64,000 nucleotides of DNA, from positions 224,001-288,000 of the forward strand of contig CAVWIP010000001.1 of assembly GCA_963755125.1 (NCBI GenBank). Direction: 5' to 3'. The notes below the pieces were generated by a model. The model was given only the letters and a program-made list of their open reading frames with translations. It was not told the DNA's origin and did no database searches. Every line of letters starts with the position of its first letter. Positions within the stretch are counted from its first letter, which is position 1. The position numbers were made by a program, and so were the translations under genes. Of this stretch, positions 27,689-39,043 are shown piece after piece. The DNA is from an uncultured delta proteobacterium (GTDB lineage Bacteria > Myxococcota_A > Polyangia > Fen-1088).

Positions 27689-29778
27689 TCCGGGGTCTCC
27701 TTGTTTGCGTCGGGCGTGGACCATTGCAGGGTGAAGAACACAGAGCGGCCGGGCAGGGGATACCCGGTGAAATCGACGACCGGCGTGTTGGCCAGATTGT
27801 GTGCGCTGGCCACCAGGCGCAGCCCCCACTGGGGCGCTTCGATCTGGCCGCCCACGCCGAAGAGCACGCGCGGGTTGACTTCGACCAGATTGGCCGAGTC
27901 GAGGTAGTTGCCGCTGGTTGCGTCCAGATCGGCGTAGAGACCCCAGCGCCAGCGACCCGCGAGACGAAGATTGCTCAGTTCAGGGCGCGCGTAGGCGCGC
28001 AAACGCGGCCGGTTGGGGAGCTGTTTGCCGTAGCTTCCACTCGCGTCTTCCGTGTCGCGGGCATCGGTGAAAGTGGTTTGCCCGAAGAAGCGAAAACGGT
28101 TTCGCCAGTCGAGCGTGGCCGAGGTCTCCGCGCCCAGGATGCGCGCGCTGCCCAGATTGCCCGGCCGCATGTAGGTCCCGACCTGGCGGAAATAGATGAG
28201 GTTGCGCGCCCAGTCGGCAAACAGGGCACCGTCAAGAGAAAGTCGCAGGCGCGCGCCCGTGCAGGTCCAGTTTGCGCCCGCGTCCGCGTTGGTGCCGGTC
28301 TCGGGCACCAGATCGGGATTGCCCAGCAACTGGCCGGTGTTGCCGTAGCGTTCGACCATCGAGGGCAGACGGCCGTAGCGTCCCAGATTTGCGCGCAGGG
28401 TGAGCTGTTCACTCGCCCATTGCACAAGGGCCAAGCGCGCGTTGGGTAGAAGGTAGTTGGCGGAACTGGTATCGGCGCCCATCAGGCGATAGCGTTCTGG
28501 GCGCGTGATCTCGTCCTCGGCGGCCTCCAGGCGCAGCGATGGGATCACAGCCAGACGCAGAGGTTGCGCCACGAAGCGCGCCTCCACGCCTCCAGCTCCA
28601 AAAACGCGCGAGCCAGGCGGAATGGAAGCGGCGCCAGGCAGAGTGCTGGAAGGATCGAACTGTTCATAGCGGCCATCGCCGACGGCTGAGAGGGTCAGCC
28701 ACCCGCTTACTGGCTTCGAGCCGGCGAGCGTGAAGCCGGAGCTGGCCGAGAGATCCCGCGTCTGCGTGGGCACGCCGCTCGACAGATCGCCGTACGGATC
28801 GTCGAGGCGCTGCCAGGTGGCGACGGTGTAGAGCTGGGCGCGCAGGCGGCTGCCTGGGCCGAGGTTGTCACGCGCCTGGTAGGCAGCCGTGGCGAGCAGC
28901 CGGTCGGTGCCGAGCGATGCTCCGTGCGCTTGCACCGAGCCCGCGGGTGGCACGCCCTGATTTCGGAAAAGGAAGCTGGCTGTGCCCCAGATCTGTCGAC
29001 GCTCAGGCAGCAGGCCGACCACGTGCACCAGGCCATCCATCTGTTGGAGGGCATTGTTCTCGCGGCGACTGATGGAATCGTCGCCGGGGGTGAAACTGGT
29101 TGCGTTGTCGTTGTGATAGGTGAAGTCGCCGGCTGAGCCAAACTCGTTCACGCTGGCAAGCGCGCGCAGTTTGTTGCCAGCCCAGCGTGCCTGCACCCCG
29201 CCGAACTCGGTGCCGAACGAGCCTCCGCCCACATAGGCGCGTGTACCCGAGTCGGTTGCGCTGGCGCTCGACAACGACACGATGCCGCCCATGGCCGAGG
29301 TGCCGAACCCGATGGGGCTCATGCCCCGGTAGACCTCGACGGACTCCAGATCCACGACGGGGATGAGCCCGATGTCCACACCGCCGCCCGAGGCCGCCGA
29401 GAGCGGCACGCCATCGAAGTAGACCTCTACCTGGTTGGCCGACGATCCGCGTAGCGACAGCGTGGCAAAGGAGCCAAGCCCGCCTAGGCGCGTGACCGAG
29501 ACGCCCGGCAACTCCGAGAGGAGTTGGGGCAGATCCTCGGCACTGCGCGGGGTGCGCGTGGCCGTGACGACGGAGGACGAGGCCGCATCATCTTGGCGCG
29601 CGCGGTTGTCGACCGCTGGCTCGGCCACCACCACGGTGTCGTAGAGCGGTTCGGCCTGGGCGGCGCCCGCCGCCGTGCACAGGGCCGCCGCCGCGAACGC
29701 GGCGCCGATGTGGAAAGGAATGTGTGTGTGGGCCGTCCCGGCAATCTCCGCGCCGGCCGTCACCCGTTTCGACCACAT
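27685..29778 (-). CDS. TonB-dependent receptor, probably for cobalamin (BtuB-like)
   Basis: Plug motif LSLRGSSANQVEVYFDGVPL, GNPDLVPE, YPLPGRSVFFTL; downstream of the B12 riboswitch. Confidence 0.87.
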   Translation of the reverse strand: MWSKRVTAGAEIAGTAHTHIPFHIGAAFAAAALCTAAGAAQAEPLYDTVVVAEPAVDNRARQDDAASSSVVTATRTPRSAEDLPQLLSELPGVSVTRLGGLGSFATLSLRGSSANQVEVYFDGVPLSAASGGGVDIGLIPVVDLESVEVYRGMSPIGFGTSAMGGIVSLSSASATDSGTRAYVGGGSFGTEFGGVQARWAGNKLRALASVNEFGSAGDFTYHNDNATSFTPGDDSISRRENNALQQMDGLVHVVGLLPERRQIWGTASFLFRNQGVPPAGSVQAHGASLGTDRLLATAAYQARDNLGPGSRLRAQLYTVATWQRLDDPYGDLSSGVPTQTRDLSASSGFTLAGSKPVSGWLTLSAVGDGRYEQFDPSSTLPGAASIPPGSRVFGAGGVEARFVAQPLRLAVIPSLRLEAAEDEITRPERYRLMGADTSSANYLLPNARLALVQWASEQLTLRANLGRYGRLPSMVERYGNTGQLLGNPDLVPETGTNADAGANWTCTGARLRLSLDGALFADWARNLIYFRQVGTYMRPGNLGSARILGAETSATLDWRNRFRFFGQTTFTDARDTEDASGSYGKQLPNRPRLRAYARPELSNLRLAGRWRWGLYADLDATSGNYLDSANLVEVNPRVLFGVGGQIEAPQWGLRLVASAHNLANTPVVDFTGYPLPGRSVFFTLQWSTPDANKETPE

Positions 29779-29861
29779 GAAAGACCCCCGTTCCGTCGGC
29801 GGAAGCGGGGGCCATGGCTGCAAGCTCGGCGCCCGCTCCTCCTCGGGAAGGCATCGTGGTT

Positions 29862-30065
29862 GACACGGGCAGGTCTCCTGGCTCGTGGGTCTTGCGGCAA
29901 TGCCGCATCGCCTTTTCCAGCCTTCCCAGAGGTTGTCCTCCAGTGGCCCAATCGGAAAAGACTTCCCACTCACAGTGGCGGGACCGCGCCGGGATGACAC
30001 CCTGGGGTGCGCACCGGCTTCCCTTTTTCAGCGGGGCCGTCGAGGCCCCGCGCCCGTGTCGCTAT
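29862..30065 (-). promoter_or_regulatory. Cobalamin riboswitch
   Basis: Minus strand reads AAAAGGGAAGCCGGTG..CCGGCGCGGTCCCGCCACTGTGA..GCCACTG..GGGAAGGC..GAGCCAGGAGACCTGCC (B12 box); P1 GACACGGG/CCCGTGTC. Confidence 0.93.
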
Positions 30066-30172
30066 TCAGTTGTCAGTGCGGCGTCAAGCTAGTCTTCGCC
30101 TCTGGGACTGTCAAGCGTGTCACGGCGAGCGATTTTTGTTACGCCTGGATCGTTTCTGCTAGTGTGCCAGGC

Positions 30173-32641
<2,469 letters not shown>

Positions 32642-32703
32642 GCTGCGAGCCCACTATCGAGCGCGGAGGTCGGGAGAGAGAGGCGGCTGTCAGGCAGCCG
32701 CGG

Positions 32704-34131
32704 TCAATAGAGGACAGGGCCGAAATAGCCCGTGAATGCGACGTCGTCGATCCAGACTCCGAACCTGGCGTCGACCGGAATCTGAAACAGTACTTCGTAG
32801 AGGGTCGACGGGTCGAAAGCCAGCCCTGGGCGGCCCCACCCATCCTGGCTGAGAGAACTGAAAGGCACGGTGTACTTGGTCCACGTGGTGGTAAGGGTTA
32901 TGCGTGCGCCGTAGTGGTCGTAGCATTGTGTCGGGCCGGTGACGTTGGTCTGGCAAAGTCCACCGTCAGGGTCTGTGTCCTTGTCGGGAAACGCGACCCG
33001 CAGGACCGAAGTAGTACCAGCATCGATCTTGGCCCAGAAATCGATCCCAGTGTACGCGGACGCGTTGTAGGGGCTGCCGAGCCCGAACCAGAAATCCGCG
33101 CCCCAGTCCACGAAGGGCCCACCGTACACGTAGGCCGCGTACTGGCGACATGGATCGCCGGTCCAAGTCATGGTGAACGGTCCCGCTGGATCGGGAAACA
33201 TGCTCGATCCCGGGGTGCTGTCGTCACTGTCGCTCCAGGCCCCGGCACGTCCGTTGATTTGCGGGATGTAGCGACTGCCGTCATTCATGTTGTCGATTAG
33301 CTCTTCATGAAGGGGATCCAAACCAGGACACGATCCCCCGCTGCTGCCGATCGCCGAGCCACCGGTCCCACCCGACCCGCCGGATGGGGCGGTCCCGGTT
33401 CCGATGCAGACTGGGACAAGCACGCCTGGCGTGCAGTATGGGATGGTCCCGCCCGTGCCGCCAAAAGAAACGCCGTTGCCACCGCTGCTGCCGAGGATTG
33501 AGCTGCCGCCGTATGGGACGGTCCCGCCCGAGCCCGAGCTGCCACCGATGACGATGCTGCCGCCGTGCGGGACGGTGCCCCCGGTCGGTTCGCCACCCCC
33601 GCCGTCTGTGGTGCCGCCGAACGGGACAGTGCCGCCCGACCCGCCTCGACCGCTGCGGGCGCCGGCGATGGTGCTACTACCCAAAGGGATGGTGCCGCCC
33701 GACCCGCCGGATGGGGCGGTCCCGGTTCCGATGCAGACTGGGACAATCACGCCCGGGGTGCAGTACGGGATGGTCCCGCCCGTGCCGCCGAACGAAACGC
33801 CGTTGCCCCCGCTGCTGCCGAGGAACGAGCTGCCGCCGTACGGGACGGTCCCACGTGAGCCACCAATTGAAACAGTACCGCCTAGCGGGCCAGAACTGCC
33901 GCCGTCTGTGGTGCCGCCGAACGGCACGGTGCCCCCCCCGCCGACCGTTTCACCGGACCCGCCTGCCGGAACGTAACCCGCACTGCTACCGCCTGCTCCG
34001 CCACCCTGAGAAGTGGCGCCCCCGGTTGGATTGGCCGGCTGGAAATCGTCAAGCGGCGTTCGTGCCGCGCATCCCGTCGTCACGACCAGGAGTGAAAGAG
34101 TCAGCCATAGAGTTGAACGCTTTGCTTTCAT
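32704..34131 (-). CDS. Lipoprotein with repetitive Gly/Thr linker and a C-terminal CBM11/CIA30-like beta-sandwich
   Basis: TTGC lipobox; YTGIDFWAK..WTKYTVPFSSL..WIDDVAF. Confidence 0.7.
   Translation of the reverse strand: MKAKRSTLWLTLSLLVVTTGCAARTPLDDFQPANPTGGATSQGGGAGGSSAGYVPAGGSGETVGGGGTVPFGGTTDGGSSGPLGGTVSIGGSRGTVPYGGSSFLGSSGGNGVSFGGTGGTIPYCTPGVIVPVCIGTGTAPSGGSGGTIPLGSSTIAGARSGRGGSGGTVPFGGTTDGGGGEPTGGTVPHGGSIVIGGSSGSGGTVPYGGSSILGSSGGNGVSFGGTGGTIPYCTPGVLVPVCIGTGTAPSGGSGGTGGSAIGSSGGSCPGLDPLHEELIDNMNDGSRYIPQINGRAGAWSDSDDSTPGSSMFPDPAGPFTMTWTGDPCRQYAAYVYGGPFVDWGADFWFGLGSPYNASAYTGIDFWAKIDAGTTSVLRVAFPDKDTDPDGGLCQTNVTGPTQCYDHYGARITLTTTWTKYTVPFSSLSQDGWGRPGLAFDPSTLYEVLFQIPVDARFGVWIDDVAFTGYFGPVLY
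33371..33852. repeat. About 155-bp direct duplication within the linker (33371-33525 and 33698-33852)
   Basis: Both copies encode GTVPYGGSSxLGSSGGNGVSFGGTGGTIPYCTPGVxVPVCIGTGTAPSGGSG. Confidence 0.88.
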
Positions 34132-34360
34132 GATCTCACCCCTGCATTTGCGCGTGTGTCGCGGCCACCTGGATCATAACGGATTTCGAGGCTGGAGCGG
34201 GAAAGACTCGCGACAAAGCCCCGGTTCCTTCAGAGTGAACTAGCCATCGGCAGTTGACTTAAAATATCTTATAACTACATGCAGATAGACGACATATCAA
34301 ATGTATCGCTTGAATTCCGTCGGTCGCCCCGACCAGTTCCGGCTCCGCGTTCTCCCCCTC

Positions 34361-35200
34361 TCACCTCTGCGTTTTCGGCGCCGGGTGGCTGTCGATCTGA
34401 ACGAACGCTTTCGCTTGGCGATCCAACAGATGGGACAAATTCACGTTGCCCAGCGCCGCCAGCATGTTCTGGCGCAGGTTGGGATGCTCGCATTCCAGAC
34501 GGGAGAGCAGCGCCTTCATCTGCTTGCGCTGGGCATCGGGCTGTGAGCCGCACAGGTTACACGGCAGGATGGGAAAGCGCCTGCTCTCGGCGAAGCTGGC
34601 CAATGTCTCTTCTGCGCAGTAAATGAGCGGCCGGATCACCACGGACGCGCCATCATCGCTGACCAGGCGCGCGGGGATGGCTGCCAGCTTGCCTGCGAAG
34701 AAGACGTTGAGCAGCAGTGTCTCCACCGCGTCGTCCCGGTGGTGCCCGAGCGCGATCTTTGTGCACTGGAGCTGGCTGGCCAGACGGTAGAGGATCCCGC
34801 GGCGCAGGCGCGCGCACATTGAGCAGTAGGTTCGGCCTTCGGGGATCTTGTCGACCACGATCGAGTAGGTGTCTTCGCGCACGATGCGGTGGTCGAAGCC
34901 ATTGCTACGCAGCCAGTCGGCAAGCGGCGCGGGGTCGTGCCCCGGCTGGCCCTGGTCGAGGTGCAGGGCCAGCAGATCGAAGTGCACCGGTGCACGCCGG
35001 CGCAGGGCTTCCAGCAGAACCAGCAGGGAATAGCTGTCTTTTCCTCCAGAAACCGCCACCAGGATCCGGTCTCCCTCTGAGATGAGGTCGAAGTCAGCCA
35101 CGGCGCGTCCCACATCACGAATGAGGTCGCGCTCGATAACCTGCGCGGAGCGGCCCCCAGGCTGCGTGGGGCTTCCAGGTTGCGCGGGGCGGCTCATCAT
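34361..35200 (-). CDS. ttcA: tRNA 2-thiocytidine(32) synthetase
   Basis: SGGKDS PP-loop, CSMCARLRRG, GHHRDD, PCNLCGSQ. Confidence 0.95.
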   Translation of the reverse strand: MMSRPAQPGSPTQPGGRSAQVIERDLIRDVGRAVADFDLISEGDRILVAVSGGKDSYSLLVLLEALRRRAPVHFDLLALHLDQGQPGHDPAPLADWLRSNGFDHRIVREDTYSIVVDKIPEGRTYCSMCARLRRGILYRLASQLQCTKIALGHHRDDAVETLLLNVFFAGKLAAIPARLVSDDGASVVIRPLIYCAEETLASFAESRRFPILPCNLCGSQPDAQRKQMKALLSRLECEHPNLRQNMLAALGNVNLSHLLDRQAKAFVQIDSHPAPKTQR

Positions 35201-35447
35201 GTGGACGTGCTACTGTAGAGAATAGAGCGCCGCGGATCCAGGCGCGTGGTGAAGCCCGGGGCCAGGGCAGGTGCTTGCCCGCAAGTGCTGCTCCGCGAAC
35301 GAGGCAAGTGTGCGTTCGCGGGCGGACCAACCGGCAAGGCCCCCCCGTGCGCATTCCTTGCGGGAATCCCGTGGCGCGCGCACGAGCCTCGATGGTTGGA
35401 CCATGAGAAAAAGTGGCTACACTAAAGGTGTAGGCGGGTTTCGCGCC

Positions 35448-36626
35448 ATGGCCATCTTCGATTCATCCCAGCGACGGAAGGGCTCCTCGCTCGGCCGATG
35501 GGCCGCGCTGGCCGTGCTCATCCACCTGCAGCTCCTGCTGGTCGCCGGGGTGGTGCTACGCATCTGGGCCCCGCGCGATGCCGACATCTTGGCGGCGCGC
35601 CAACGTGCCGCAGCCGCCGGCTCGGCCGAACCCATCTCGGTGAGCACGGTCGACGATGATACGGCGAGGAGGCTCATCGCGGACATGGAGCGGCTGGAGG
35701 AAAAGGCGAAACAGGAGCAGTTGAAGAAGGAGGAAGAGTCGCCCAAGGCGCCCGGGCAGGTGGTGGACCTGGCCCGGCCGCGCGAAGAAAAGCGGCCCGA
35801 CAACGCACGCTTCGCCGCGGAGTACGACTCCTCGGTCGAGCACGAAACGCGCAAGTACGGGAAGTTCGATCCCAACGAGTTGCAGAGGTCACGCGGCGAC
35901 AGCGATCGCAACCGCGCGGCGGTGCCTGAGCAGGCGAGCGCGCCGGGATCGGCGGGGGCTTTGGCCATGCGCATGCCTGTGCACAGGAGGGCACTGTCCA
36001 CACCGGGCGATCCCGACAAGGATCCTGGCGAGTCGGGTGAACGGTACCCGGGGCCGTCGGATCCCGAGGGACTGTTTGCCCCGCCCGGCGGTGGTGGGCC
36101 GCGCCGACTCCAGCCGCTGGCGAGCGAGGGTGGGCCTCTGCTGGAGCCTGGCCAGGGCGCGGCTTCGCTCATTCCCTCGGAACAAGAGGTCGCGCGCGCC
36201 GTGGGCAGCGGGACCCAGGATTACCTGCGCGACGTGGACGAGGGCGAGGAAACTGCGCTCAATGCCAAGCGTTGGAAGTTCGCCACCTTCTTCAACCGGG
36301 TCAAGGAACAGGTGCAGAACCACTGGAAGGCGGGCCAGGAGTACCAGCGCCGCGATCCCACCGGCGCCATCTACGGGGCGCAGGATCGTTTCACCCTGGT
36401 CCACATCCAGCTTCATCCCGATGGCTCGCTGGCCAAGGCATCGGTCCGCCAGACCTCCGGGGTGGACTTCCTCGACGACACGGCCATCGAGGCGTTCAAG
36501 CAGGCTCAGCCGTTTCCCAATCCGCCACACCAGTTGGTGCGGGGAGGGCTCATCGACTTCGATTTCGGCTTCTATGTCGAGGTCTCCGGGGCGCCGCGCG
36601 TAAGATTCCTGCGCTACAACATGTAG
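35448..36626 (+). CDS. TonB C-terminal domain protein (energy transducer family)
   Basis: N-terminal TM; FFNRVKEQV..W..SGVDFLDDTAIEAFKQAQPFPNPP. Confidence 0.8.
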   Translation: MAIFDSSQRRKGSSLGRWAALAVLIHLQLLLVAGVVLRIWAPRDADILAARQRAAAAGSAEPISVSTVDDDTARRLIADMERLEEKAKQEQLKKEEESPKAPGQVVDLARPREEKRPDNARFAAEYDSSVEHETRKYGKFDPNELQRSRGDSDRNRAAVPEQASAPGSAGALAMRMPVHRRALSTPGDPDKDPGESGERYPGPSDPEGLFAPPGGGGPRRLQPLASEGGPLLEPGQGAASLIPSEQEVARAVGSGTQDYLRDVDEGEETALNAKRWKFATFFNRVKEQVQNHWKAGQEYQRRDPTGAIYGAQDRFTLVHIQLHPDGSLAKASVRQTSGVDFLDDTAIEAFKQAQPFPNPPHQLVRGGLIDFDFGFYVEVSGAPRVRFLRYNM

Positions 36627-36662
36627 CCGGCAGCGCACTGCCGGCCCGCGGTCGGCGCGAAA

Positions 36663-37388
36663 TCAGCGAGGCTTCAGCGTGAGCCCGATGCAGAGGTTGA
36701 TGGTGACTACCGGCACGACCAGCGGGAAAAAGGACCGATGCTCGACGGTGAAGTGCGGGGCAAGAACCTCCAGAATTTCTCCTGGTCGGTTCATGTGTTC
36801 GCGTTCGATGAACCACTGGTAGGGCTGGCGGTATCGCCGCTCGAAAATACGCTGCGCCGAGATGCGCCGGGAGAATCCGTAGGCCAGACCGCCCTCGCAG
36901 GGGATCACGATATGGAAGCGTCCGCGCGCCTTGTGGCAGAGCCGGTGCATCTCGCTGACCGCCGCCGGTAGATTCGGCAGGTGCTCCAGCACGTGGACCG
37001 CGATGATCCGGTCGAAGGCATCGTCGTCGAATTCGAGCCGCTGCTGGCAGTCGCCCACCCGGGCCTCGACGCCGGGGAAGCGCCGCACGATCTCAGCCGC
37101 CATATTGGGCCGGAGTTCCAGCGCGACATAACCCTCGCGCTGCGCCGGCGTCAGCCGTTCGTACTCCAGGTGCTCGCCCAGCCCCGCGCCGATTTCCAGC
37201 GTCCGCCGGAAGTCGGCCAGCGCGTGGTCCACCGGGTAGCGATGACTGAAGCGATCGATCACCGCGTACTTCTTGGGTAGGACCTCGTGCCAGTAGTGCA
37301 TGAAGTCGTCGCGGATCTGCTCTTGCTCAGGCGTAAGCGGCGGAAAGGTCTTGGGCCACTTTTCCGTCGCGGAGTCGCTTGCGGGCAT
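36663..37388 (-). CDS. Class I SAM-dependent methyltransferase
   Basis: LEIGAGLG, FDRIIAVHVLEHL. Confidence 0.85.
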   Translation of the reverse strand: MPASDSATEKWPKTFPPLTPEQEQIRDDFMHYWHEVLPKKYAVIDRFSHRYPVDHALADFRRTLEIGAGLGEHLEYERLTPAQREGYVALELRPNMAAEIVRRFPGVEARVGDCQQRLEFDDDAFDRIIAVHVLEHLPNLPAAVSEMHRLCHKARGRFHIVIPCEGGLAYGFSRRISAQRIFERRYRQPYQWFIEREHMNRPGEILEVLAPHFTVEHRSFFPLVVPVVTINLCIGLTLKPR

Positions 37389-37588
37389 CAAGGCTCGACT
37401 CTCGGTCGGTCGGGACGGCTGTGACCGTCCAGGTTGCGGGTTCGCTGTTGCATGCCACGGCAGTCTACCCCATCACGCCATGGTTGACGTCCTATCAGTT
37501 CTTCTGAGGACCGGAAGCGGAGGAGCAACGCAGCCAGCGGCCCGGATCGTCGGCCGTCGTCATCTCGGTGGGCCGAGGCATCGCTTTG

Positions 37589-38905
37589 CTAGCTTCGATA
37601 ATCCGCGTTCTCGCTGACGTACTCGTGGCTGAGATCGGCGCCGAGCACGGTTGCGGCTGCAGTGCCCGCGCCTAGATCGATCTCCACCTCTACGCAGCGC
37701 TCGTGCGGGGGGTAGTCGATGGGCGGGCGGAAAACGCCGTCGACAGGCGCGACGCTGGCGTAGAGTTCGGCCTGCTTGAGGTGCGCGACCAAAGCCGCTT
37801 CGAGTTTGGCGTCCAGATGGAAGCTGCCGGCTTCGAAGATCGGGATTCCGCCCATGCGGATGCGCAGGTTGCACAGATCCAGGTCAGGCGCGGCCGGGCC
37901 GACGTACTTGCCGATGGCGCACGCTAGGCGGCCCACGTTGGCGTCGTTGCCGCACACCGCGCACTTGAAAAGAGGCGAGTTGACCACTGACTTGCCCACA
38001 CCTCGGGCCATGGCCTCGCTGGGCGCGCCAACAACCCGCACGCGCAGCACGTGGTGCACGCCTTCGCCATTGCGGGGCATGTCTTCCGCCAGATCCTGGC
38101 ACATTTGCGCCAGCGCGTGCTCGAACGCAGCCGGGTCAGGGCAGGGCACGGCGCCCGACGAGAGCAGCAGCACGGTGTCCGATGTGCTGGTGTCCGAGTC
38201 GATGCTCGTGCAGTTGAAGCTGTTGTCCACGGCTGGAACCAGCATGCGGCGCAGTTCGGCCCGCGGGACCGCGACATCGGTGAGCAGAAAGACCAGCATA
38301 GTGGCCATGTTGGGTTCGATCATGCCGGCGCCTTTGCCAAAGCCCACGAGGCTGCCCCCGCCGACCGACGCGCGGCGGACCTTAGGATACAGATCCGTGG
38401 TCATGATGGCGGTCGCGGCGTCGAGCACGGATCGCTGTCCCAGCGATGCCGCCGCATCGGGAAGCGCAGCCAGCATGGCGTCGATCGGCATGCGCCAGCC
38501 GATGACACCGGTCGAGTTGGGCAGCACCTGGCGGCCCTGCAAGCCGAGCGCGCTGGCCACGGCCTCGCACCACCGCTCGGCAACGGCAACACCGTTGGGT
38601 GCGCACGCGAGCGAAACCTTGTTGTTTACCACCAGCGCCCCGACCGTCGCCTCGTCGAGCCGCCGCCGTCCGATGATCACCGGCGCACCGGGAAACGCAT
38701 TGCGGGTGAAAAGCGCAGCGAAATCGGGCGTAGGCCGATCCAGCGCGATCAGGGTCACGTCCATCTTGGCCGGCTTCGGCGTCTCGGCGGGAATGAACGA
38801 CAACGACGTGGTGCCTACACGGAAACCCGCCGGCAAAATGGCCTGGGTGGCCAGCCAGGCCCGGTGGGCATCGCGCGACGAGAAGGTCAGGTTGGTACTG
38901 GACAT
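37589..38905 (-). CDS. argJ: Bifunctional ornithine acetyltransferase / N-acetylglutamate synthase
   Basis: STGVIG, IMTTD, KGAGMIEPNMATML, DTSTSD, YVSENADYRS. Confidence 0.93.
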   Translation of the reverse strand: MSSTNLTFSSRDAHRAWLATQAILPAGFRVGTTSLSFIPAETPKPAKMDVTLIALDRPTPDFAALFTRNAFPGAPVIIGRRRLDEATVGALVVNNKVSLACAPNGVAVAERWCEAVASALGLQGRQVLPNSTGVIGWRMPIDAMLAALPDAAASLGQRSVLDAATAIMTTDLYPKVRRASVGGGSLVGFGKGAGMIEPNMATMLVFLLTDVAVPRAELRRMLVPAVDNSFNCTSIDSDTSTSDTVLLLSSGAVPCPDPAAFEHALAQMCQDLAEDMPRNGEGVHHVLRVRVVGAPSEAMARGVGKSVVNSPLFKCAVCGNDANVGRLACAIGKYVGPAAPDLDLCNLRIRMGGIPIFEAGSFHLDAKLEAALVAHLKQAELYASVAPVDGVFRPPIDYPPHERCVEVEIDLGAGTAAATVLGADLSHEYVSENADYRS

Positions 38906-38918
38906 GGCTATTTCAGAT

Positions 38919-39043
38919 GGGAACCCTCAAAGGGTTCGCTCCGCCCTTCGGCCCCCACCCGCCACCACCTCCCCGCTCGCTTCGCTCGGCCTCGCCAAAC
39001 CCTCCCGCGATGGTGCGCGGCCGGCAAAGCCGGCCGGCTCCCC
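38919..39043. repeat. Structured palindromic element read through by the 3' end of gcvP
   Basis: Hairpins GAACCCT-CAA-AGGGTTC and GGCCGGC-AAA-GCCGGCC; ends GGGAACC/GGCTCCC. Confidence 0.5.

Noticed and set aside
29779..30172. N-terminal extensions of the TonB receptor (to 30000) and Lon (from 29885) in the ORF track
   Set aside because: They overlap the cobalamin riboswitch; better starts exist at 29778 and 30173.
33371..33940. Repeats as a CRISPR array or DGR template/variable repeat pair
   Set aside because: They are in-frame coding linker duplications; differences are not adenine-specific, and there is no RT or cas gene in the window.
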